Positions 26,065 through 32,000 of a DNA stretch of 32,000 bases are shown here, in pieces; position 1 is the first letter of the stretch; each line of letters starts with the position of its first letter. The stretch spans positions 30,001 to 62,000 of the forward strand of contig CAKUIA010000009.1 of the NCBI GenBank assembly GCA_934660865.1. Reading direction: 5' to 3'. The notes beneath the pieces were generated by a model. It did not search any database. It worked only from the letters and a program-made list of their open reading frames with translations, and was not told the origin of the DNA. Made by a program: the position numbers and the translations under genes. Origin of the DNA: an uncultured Opitutales bacterium (GTDB lineage: Bacteria > Verrucomicrobiota > Verrucomicrobiia > Opitutales > Intestinicryptomonadaceae).

Positions 26065-26664
26065 ATGTCGAAAAATTCCAGAGTGTTGTGGGCTAAAAAG
26101 CTTGCGGGCATTGCCGAAAAAAGCGGCAACGTACAACAGCTTGCGCTGCCAGTCCGCAAAAAGGAATTTTCGGCAAACCGCGGGCAGTTCTACGGCACTG
26201 TTTTGGGCATAGACCCCAGCCTTAGGGGCACGGGGTTGGCGGTTGTAAGATACGAAAAGGGCAAAACTCCCGTTTGCATAGACCACGAAATTATAAGGAA
26301 CAAAGCGGGCATATCAATGCCGCAATGCTTGGCGAACATCTTTAGGTGCACTACGGCAATAGTTATACGCAACAATGTAGACTGCGTTGCGATAGAATCG
26401 AGCATATACGTTCAAAACACGAAAACCGCGGTGATTTTGGGTTCGGCCAGGGGGGCTGCAATAGCGGCAATCGCCTGCGAGGGGCTGCCGTTGTTCGAGT
26501 ATGCGCCGTTGAGAATAAAGCAGGCGGTAGTCGGTTTCGGCAGGGCGTCGAAAGAGCAGGTTTCGAAAACCGTTGCGGGCATTTTGCACGCGGCGGCAAT
26601 GGGTTTCGACGAATCCGACGCTGCGGCTGCCGCATTGACACACATTTACACACACAAAATATAG
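26065..26664 (+). CDS. ruvC: Crossover junction endodeoxyribonuclease RuvC (with N-terminal extension)
   Basis: The RuvC core begins at residue 46 (VLGIDPSLRGTGLAVV). Other motifs are VAIESSIYVQN and FDESDAAAAALTH, the catalytic acidic residues. About 44 extra basic residues precede the core. Confidence 0.88.
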   Translation: MSKNSRVLWAKKLAGIAEKSGNVQQLALPVRKKEFSANRGQFYGTVLGIDPSLRGTGLAVVRYEKGKTPVCIDHEIIRNKAGISMPQCLANIFRCTTAIVIRNNVDCVAIESSIYVQNTKTAVILGSARGAAIAAIACEGLPLFEYAPLRIKQAVVGFGRASKEQVSKTVAGILHAAAMGFDESDAAAAALTHIYTHKI

Positions 26665-26668
26665 AAAA

Positions 26669-27532
26669 ATGGACAAGACTCTTTTAATAATGGCCGCAGG
26701 CATGGGAAGCCGTTTCGGCGGGCTAAAACAGGTTAGAAAATTCGGCAAAAAAGGGCTGACTTTATTGGATTACGCGGTGTTCGACGCAAAAAACGCGGGG
26801 TTTAACAAGTTTGTTTTTGTAATACGCAAAGACATAGAAGGGCTTTTCAGGCAAAATGTTTCGGGCAAATACGAAAATTCGCTTGATATAAGGTACGCCT
26901 TTCAGGAGCTGGACGCGCTGCCTGTTCCCTACAAACCGATGGCCCAAAGGCAAAAGCCGTGGGGCACGGGGCATGCGGTTTTATGCGCAAAAGAGCTTGT
27001 AAACGAGCCCTTTTTGGCGATAAACGCCGACGACTACTACGGCGCAAGCTCGTACAAGCTTGCGGCCGACTTTATAGAAAACGATTTAACCGACAATCTT
27101 TGCGCGCTGATTGCCTACGAGCTTAAAAATACGCTTTCGCCCACGGGCGGCGTTTCGCGCGGGGTTTGCTCGGCCGACGAAAACGGATATTTAAAGGACA
27201 TTAAAGAGTGCTACGAGCTTGCCTTAAGGAGCGGCAAAATTACCGACAAAGACGGCAAAGTTTACGACTCTTCCGCAAAGGTTTCGATGAACTTTTGGTG
27301 CTTTGCGCCGTCTTTTATGGACATTTTGCAAAAGTATTTTGAAGGGTTTTTAAAAGAAAATTCTTGCGAGCTTAAAAGCGAATTCTATTTGCCCGCCGCG
27401 GTAGACAAAGCCCTAAACGAAGGTTTGCTTAGGGCCAAAATGCCCGTAAGCGGAGAAATATGGCAGGGGGTAACCTATGCCGACGACGCCGCGTTGGTGG
27501 AAAAGTTTTTGGAAAAGCGCACCGATATTTAG
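26669..27532 (+). CDS. Sugar-phosphate nucleotidyltransferase (NTP_transferase fold)
   Basis: 287-aa ORF with the N-terminal signature LLIMAAGMGSRFGGLKQ, followed by KPWGTGHAV and AINADDYYG. Substrate specificity is not determinable from the sequence. Confidence 0.8.
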   Translation: MDKTLLIMAAGMGSRFGGLKQVRKFGKKGLTLLDYAVFDAKNAGFNKFVFVIRKDIEGLFRQNVSGKYENSLDIRYAFQELDALPVPYKPMAQRQKPWGTGHAVLCAKELVNEPFLAINADDYYGASSYKLAADFIENDLTDNLCALIAYELKNTLSPTGGVSRGVCSADENGYLKDIKECYELALRSGKITDKDGKVYDSSAKVSMNFWCFAPSFMDILQKYFEGFLKENSCELKSEFYLPAAVDKALNEGLLRAKMPVSGEIWQGVTYADDAALVEKFLEKRTDI

Positions 27533-27912
27533 CGCATAAGGCTTTTTGCAATGGCAATAAGCACCGCCACAAAAAAGTAGACAAGCAAAGACGTAAACAA
27601 TGTTGTTGCGGCATATACAAACGCCTTTTTAAACAGGCGTTTTTGCATGTCTTTTGCAATCTGGTAGGCAAAAGACGAGTATGTAGACATTGTTCCGGCA
27701 AGGGTTGCCATGCAAAGGTTGGTTAAGTCGAAATTGCTAAGGCCCGCCATAAAGCCGCTAAGGGCCAAAACCGCGCAGGCTGCAACATTTGCCGTAAATG
27801 TGCCGTAGTAGAAATCGCCGTTGTCGAAGCGCTCGGCAAGCTTGTATCTAAACATTGCCCCGCAAACGGCTCCCGTTAAAACTGCCACAAGCTGGTATGC
27901 TATTTGCTGCAT
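27529..27912 (-). CDS. crcB: Fluoride channel CrcB/Fluc, paralog 2 (downstream)
   Basis: 127-aa four-helix membrane ORF with GAVCGAMFRY, GTFTANVAAC and GTMSTYSSFA, matching the CrcB patterns GxxGAxxRY, GTxxxN and GxxTTxSTF. Confidence 0.8.
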   Translation of the reverse strand: MQQIAYQLVAVLTGAVCGAMFRYKLAERFDNGDFYYGTFTANVAACAVLALSGFMAGLSNFDLTNLCMATLAGTMSTYSSFAYQIAKDMQKRLFKKAFVYAATTLFTSLLVYFFVAVLIAIAKSLMR

Positions 27913-28328
27913 TGTTTTGTTCCGAAAATGCGTTTAACTGCGCCTACAATGTATACCGCAACAAGCGCGCTTGCCGTGCACGCAAAAAGGTTGCCGAAAA
28001 ATGGAAGCGCAAAATCCGAAAAGCCGCCGCCAGCAAGCGCGTTTGCCGATTGCTGTATTGTGCCCGAAAGCGTTGTAAACGAAGCGCAAAAACCCGCGGC
28101 AAAGAAAAGCCCCGACCTTTTTGCGCTCGGCAAAAACTCCTTAAAAAGCGCGTATAAAAATGCGCCCAACGCGTTTACGGCAAGAATATGCAAAACATAG
28201 CCAAGGCTGCAAAACGCATACGAGCGGGCCACAACCCCCAATATTGCGCCCAGCGAAAGCGCCGCAATGTCTAGCGTATTTTTGAGGCGTTTCGGGCAAA
28301 ACGATAAAGCTTGCTTTAAGTTGGACAT
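27900..28328 (-). CDS. crcB: Fluoride channel CrcB/Fluc, paralog 1 (upstream)
   Basis: 142-aa membrane ORF with LGAILGVVARSY, ILAVNALGAF and GFCASFTTLSG, a more divergent CrcB pattern. It overlaps the downstream crcB by 13 nt. Confidence 0.72.
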   Translation of the reverse strand: MSNLKQALSFCPKRLKNTLDIAALSLGAILGVVARSYAFCSLGYVLHILAVNALGAFLYALFKEFLPSAKRSGLFFAAGFCASFTTLSGTIQQSANALAGGGFSDFALPFFGNLFACTASALVAVYIVGAVKRIFGTKQCSK

Positions 28329-28359
28329 TTCTTTCTAATATACGGCCATTAAAGTAGTT

Positions 28360-28387
28360 TTTTGCGTAAAAGTGTCAATACGCAAAA
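28360..28387. repeat. Perfect 9-bp inverted repeat in the crcB/glmS divergent intergenic region
   Basis: ttttgcgta (28360-28368), a 10-nt spacer aaagtgtcaa, then tacgcaaaa (28379-28387). On the minus strand the spacer contains TTGACA (28378-28373). Confidence 0.6.
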
Positions 28388-28423
28388 GGCCGAGACATTA
28401 ACCAGTTAAGGATATTATAGCCG

Positions 28424-30271
28424 ATGTGCGGAATTACCGGATATGTAGGAAAAAAGAATGCGGCTCCCATCTTGATTGAGGGGCTTAGAAAACTCGAGTA
28501 TAGAGGCTACGATTCGGCGGGCATTGCCCTGCTGAAAAACGGTGTTTTTAGCATAGACAAAAAGAAGGGCTTTGTTTCGGAAACGGAAAAGCTGTACAAC
28601 AAAAACCCATTTTACGCGAATTTGGGCATAAGCCACACGCGCTGGGCAACACACGGCAAGGTAACCGACATAAACGCCCACCCGCATATGTCCAGCGACG
28701 GAATGTTTGCCATGGTGCACAACGGCGTTATAGAAAATTACGAGCAAATGCGTAATTTTTTAAAGACAAAAGGCTACACATTTAAAAGCGAAACCGACAC
28801 TGAATGCTTGGTAAACCTTATTGCCTACCACTACGCAAAAGAGCCCAAAACCACGCAGGACAGGTTTTACGAATCGGTGCGCAAGGCCCTAATGCACGTC
28901 GAGGGTACCTACGGCATCGGTGTTTTGTGCAAGGATTTCGACGACAGGCTTGTTGCCGCGCGCAAAGGTTCGCCCCTTATAATAGGAGTGGGGCGCAACG
29001 AAAGGCTTATTGCAAGCGACGTTCTCGGCTTTGCGGGCGAGGCTCAAAACGTTATATATTTGGAAGACAACCAAATCGCCAACATTACCGCCGATTCGTG
29101 CGAAATAAGCACCATAAATTCGGAGGAGGTTTCCGCAAAGGTGTCGGAAATAGACTGGGATTTGGAAAATTCCGACTTGGGCGAATACAAGCACTACATG
29201 CAAAAGGAGATTTTCGAGCAGCCCGATTCCATTGCAAACGCAATACGCGGCCGCATAGACGACGATTCGGCCACGGCGGTGCTAAACGGCCTTAATATGA
29301 CGCCCAACGAGCTTAGAAATATAGACAGGATTATATTCTGCGCGTGCGGCACGGCTTGGCATGCCTGTTTGGAGGCCGAGTATATAATAGAAAAATACGC
29401 AAGAATTCCCGTAGAGGTTGAATACGCTAGCGAATTTAGATACAGAAATGCCCCCATCGACAAAAACACTTTGGTGTTTGTTATAAGCCAAAGCGGCGAA
29501 ACAATAGATACGCTTGCCGCAATGAGGGAGTCGAAAAGAAAGGGCTACAAAACTTTGGCCATTACCAATGTTGTAGGTTCTACAATAGCAAGGGAAAGCG
29601 ACGGCGGGCTGTTTCAATATGCGGGCAGGGAAGTGGGGGTTGCCTCTACAAAGGCCTTTACTTCGCAGATAGTTCTCGTTTCGCTAATAGCGCTTTATTT
29701 CGGGCGCATGCGCGATATGTCGTTCGGGCAGGGCAAAGATTTTATAGACGCGTTAAAGGCGCTGCCCGACGCCGTGCGCGAAACTTTAAAATGCGCCCCG
29801 CAAATGCACGCCATAGCAAAAAAATACGCCAAAAGCCGCGACTTTTTGTTTTTGGGCAGGCAATTCCAGTTTCCGATTGCGCTTGAGGGTGCCTTAAAGC
29901 TTAAGGAAATTTCGTACATACACGCCGAAGGGTACCCTGCCGCCGAAATGAAGCACGGGCCCATTGCGCTTGTTTGTCCGGAGTGCCCCACCGTTATTCT
30001 TGCAACGCGCGGCGACATATTCCAGAAAGTCATTTCAAACGCCGAAGAAATTAAGGCGAGAAAAGGGCCCGTTATTATTGTAACCGACTGCCCCGAAACT
30101 TTCCCCGAAGGCCTGGCCGACGAAATGGTTTGCGTTCCCAAAACGCTAGACGCGCTAACGCCCGTGCTTACTACAATTCCCCTGCAGTTTTTGGCGTACT
30201 ACACAACCCTCGAAAAGGGCTATAATGTAGACCGTCCGAGGAATTTGGCCAAGAGCGTTACGGTAGAGTAA
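28424..30271 (+). CDS. glmS: Glutamine--fructose-6-phosphate aminotransferase (isomerizing)
   Basis: 615-aa ORF with the N-terminal nucleophile MCGITGYVG, a class-II glutaminase domain, two SIS domains (VISQSGETIDT) and the canonical C-terminus DRPRNLAKSVTVE. Confidence 0.97.
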   Translation: MCGITGYVGKKNAAPILIEGLRKLEYRGYDSAGIALLKNGVFSIDKKKGFVSETEKLYNKNPFYANLGISHTRWATHGKVTDINAHPHMSSDGMFAMVHNGVIENYEQMRNFLKTKGYTFKSETDTECLVNLIAYHYAKEPKTTQDRFYESVRKALMHVEGTYGIGVLCKDFDDRLVAARKGSPLIIGVGRNERLIASDVLGFAGEAQNVIYLEDNQIANITADSCEISTINSEEVSAKVSEIDWDLENSDLGEYKHYMQKEIFEQPDSIANAIRGRIDDDSATAVLNGLNMTPNELRNIDRIIFCACGTAWHACLEAEYIIEKYARIPVEVEYASEFRYRNAPIDKNTLVFVISQSGETIDTLAAMRESKRKGYKTLAITNVVGSTIARESDGGLFQYAGREVGVASTKAFTSQIVLVSLIALYFGRMRDMSFGQGKDFIDALKALPDAVRETLKCAPQMHAIAKKYAKSRDFLFLGRQFQFPIALEGALKLKEISYIHAEGYPAAEMKHGPIALVCPECPTVILATRGDIFQKVISNAEEIKARKGPVIIVTDCPETFPEGLADEMVCVPKTLDALTPVLTTIPLQFLAYYTTLEKGYNVDRPRNLAKSVTVE

Positions 30272-30909
30272 TGAAATATTCTCGCATTTTGTGGGATTGG
30301 AACGGCACGCTTTTAAACGACGCGTGGCTAAGCGTAGAGGTTTTGTGCGATATGCTCGGCGGGCGCGGGCTGCCGAAAATAGATGTCGATACCTACAGGG
30401 CTTCGTTCGGCTTCCCCATAATAAAGTTCTACGAAGATTTGGGTTTTGATTTTGCTCAAGAGCCTTTCGAAAAAGTCGGAACCGAGTTTATAGAAAAATA
30501 CAACGCAAAAAGGGGCTTGTGCAACCTGAATGACGGCGCAGGCGCCCTTGTGTTTGCGCTTGAAAAAGCGGGGGTAAAACAGAGCATTTTGTCGGCGTAC
30601 GAGATAAACTATTTAAGGCAAATAGTGGGAACTTTCCCGATATCGAAATGTTTTGAGCACATAGTTGGGCTGGACAACATCTATGCGGCTACAAAGGTAA
30701 AATTGGGGCAAAACTATTTTAACTCGCTAAACGAAAACCCCAAAAACGCCCTTTTTGTGGGCGACACCGAGCACGATGTACAGACCGCAAAAGCCATAGG
30801 TTGCGACTGTGTTTTGGTAGCCCAAGGGCATTTTTCGAAAGAAAGGCTTTTAAAATTGGGGCTGCCCGTGTTTTCGGATTTCGGAGAGTTGTCGCAATTC
30901 CTGCTTTAG
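30271..30909 (+). CDS. HAD-superfamily (subfamily IA) hydrolase, phosphoglycolate-phosphatase-like
   Basis: 212-aa ORF. Motif I is ILWDWNGTLLND, motif II is SILSA, and motif IV is FVGDTEHDVQTA. The start shares one base with the glmS stop (TAATG). Confidence 0.8.
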   Translation: MKYSRILWDWNGTLLNDAWLSVEVLCDMLGGRGLPKIDVDTYRASFGFPIIKFYEDLGFDFAQEPFEKVGTEFIEKYNAKRGLCNLNDGAGALVFALEKAGVKQSILSAYEINYLRQIVGTFPISKCFEHIVGLDNIYAATKVKLGQNYFNSLNENPKNALFVGDTEHDVQTAKAIGCDCVLVAQGHFSKERLLKLGLPVFSDFGELSQFLL

Positions 30910-30927
30910 GGCGCCATAGTGCGGTTT

Positions 30928-31191
30928 TTACCGCCCGCCTTCGAAAATTTTTTGAAGTTCGGGCATTGTAAGTTCGCCTATTTGCACGGTTTTGTTTTTA
31001 GAGTGCCCGCCCGAAACAATGGAAATTTTCGATTTGGAAAGCCTCGTGCTTTTCGACAAAAAACGTATAAGCTCGGCATTTGCCTTGCCGTCTACGGGCG
31101 GCGTGCAGATTTTAAACTTTAAAGCGTCGCCCAAAACGCCCACATATTCGGTTTTGCGGGCGTTGGGTATAAGCCTTATTTGCACTGCCAT
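30928..31191 (-). CDS. yggU: DUF167 / YggU-family protein
   Basis: 87-aa ORF with the characteristic segments LKFKICTPPVDGKANAELIRFLSK and ISIVSGGHSKNKTVQI. Confidence 0.8.
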   Translation of the reverse strand: MAVQIRLIPNARKTEYVGVLGDALKFKICTPPVDGKANAELIRFLSKSTRLSKSKISIVSGGHSKNKTVQIGELTMPELQKIFEGGR

Positions 31192-31203
31192 AATATGAGG
31201 GGG

Positions 31204-32000
31204 TTATTCCCTTGCAACATCGGGGTAGCTGCCCAAGCACTTTACCATGGGCAAAGTTTTGGTAAGCTCTTCTATAGCCCTTTTAACGCCGTCGTCTTCC
31301 CAGTGGCCTATAAAGTCTATAAAGAAATAGTAGTCCCACAACTTGCGCTTGCTCGGGCGCGATTCTATGCGGGTAAGGTTTATGTTCATTCGGTTGAAAG
31401 GTACCAAAGCGTCGTACAATGCGCCGGGGCGGTCGTTTACCGAAAGGACAATGCTTGTTTTATATACAACGCCCTCCGATTTCGGAACGGGGTTTTTGCC
31501 TATTATAAGAAAGCGCGTTATGTTGTTCTTTTTGTCCTGTATGCCGCGCTCTAAAACGGGCACGCCGTAGGCTTCCGAAGAAATGCTCGAAGCTATCGCG
31601 CAAACGCTTGGGTCGCTCTTGGCAAGTTCTACGGCCGCCGTAGTGCTTTCGGTATATACAAATTCGGCTTTTGGCAGGTAGCGGTGCAGCCAGTTGCGGC
31701 ATTGCCCTATGGCCTGGTCTTTCGAGGCTATTTTCTTTATGCCGTCTAAGGGGCCCGTGCAAAGCAGGCAGTGCTCTATTGCAAGGTATACTTGCCCCAA
31801 AATAACAAGCGGGCTTTCAGCAAGCATGTCCATAGAGTGCATAACTGCGCCTTCGGTGGAATTTTCTATGGGTATTACGCCGTAGTCTACCTCATTCATC
31901 ATCACCGCCGAAAACACGTCTTGTATGGAGTGTATGGCCCTGTATTGCACGCTTTCGCCGAATGCCTTTAGGGCGGCCTGGTGGGTGAATGTGGCGTTGG
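31204..32000 (-). CDS. pheA: Prephenate dehydratase with C-terminal ACT domain (5' end beyond the right window edge)
   Basis: PDT domain segments are VDYGVIPIENSTEGAV and NITRFLIIG. The ACT domain reads TSIVLSVNDRPGALYDAL and NLTRIESRP. The frame remains open upstream of the listed GTG at 31950 (NATFTHQAALKAFGES), so the gene continues past base 32000. Confidence 0.9.
   Translation of the reverse strand, partial: NATFTHQAALKAFGESVQYRAIHSIQDVFSAVMMNEVDYGVIPIENSTEGAVMHSMDMLAESPLVILGQVYLAIEHCLLCTGPLDGIKKIASKDQAIGQCRNWLHRYLPKAEFVYTESTTAAVELAKSDPSVCAIASSISSEAYGVPVLERGIQDKKNNITRFLIIGKNPVPKSEGVVYKTSIVLSVNDRPGALYDALVPFNRMNINLTRIESRPSKRKLWDYYFFIDFIGHWEDDGVKRAIEELTKTLPMVKCLGSYPDVARE

Noticed and set aside
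28329-28423. Possible glmS ribozyme upstream of glmS
   Set aside because: The intergenic region is only 95 bp, shorter than the ribozyme. It is AT-rich, and I cannot find the conserved core or pseudoknot segments.
28329-28423. Possible fluoride (crcB-motif) riboswitch upstream of the crcB pair
   Set aside because: Read on the minus strand, the leader lacks the conserved GGxGATGG...CTGATGA-type elements and the pseudoknot arrangement. A covariance-model scan would be the decisive check.
1-32000. Defence islands, CRISPR arrays, toxin-antitoxin pairs, integrases/transposases, or long direct/terminal repeats
   Set aside because: Reading both strands, I found no ORF with nuclease/helicase/methylase defence-type architecture, no repeat-spacer periodicity and no recombinase motifs. 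Composition looks uniform apart from the intergenic AT-rich spacers.

Overview
This window is a housekeeping-dominated chromosomal segment of a bacterial genome. GC is roughly 50% by eye, coding density is very high, and both strands are used. Many gene junctions overlap start and stop codons, and few starts have a Shine-Dalgarno-like sequence upstream. I can support 31 protein-coding genes. I see no rRNA or tRNA genes, CRISPR arrays, transposases, integrases or phage genes. Landmark genes are smc, prs, a PPi-dependent phosphofructokinase, ruvC, a sugar-phosphate nucleotidyltransferase, two tandem crcB genes, glmS, a HAD hydrolase, a yggU/DUF167 gene and the 3' part of pheA. The most striking organised feature is a compact divergent locus at 11.6-19.0 kb carrying nearly the whole futalosine route to menaquinone. 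Its minus arm holds a UbiA-like prenyltransferase, UbiX and a UbiD-like decarboxylase. Its plus arm holds MqnE, MqnA, MqnC, MqnD and MqnB, followed by a TVP38/DedA membrane protein and xseA. The least explained stretch is 21.0-26.1 kb. It holds an ABCG-type fused ABC transporter, an orphan cytoplasmic protein with a Phe/Asp-rich N-terminus, and a secreted PhoD-fold protein whose metal-ligand motifs all look substituted. Divergently transcribed from these are two translationally coupled secreted proteins of unknown function. That block is my best candidate for an undescribed system, but the evidence is only gene context and motif reading by eye. I see no recognisable defence, toxin-antitoxin or mobile system. 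All family calls are motif recognition from memory without database searches, and the lineage cannot be assigned from this window.
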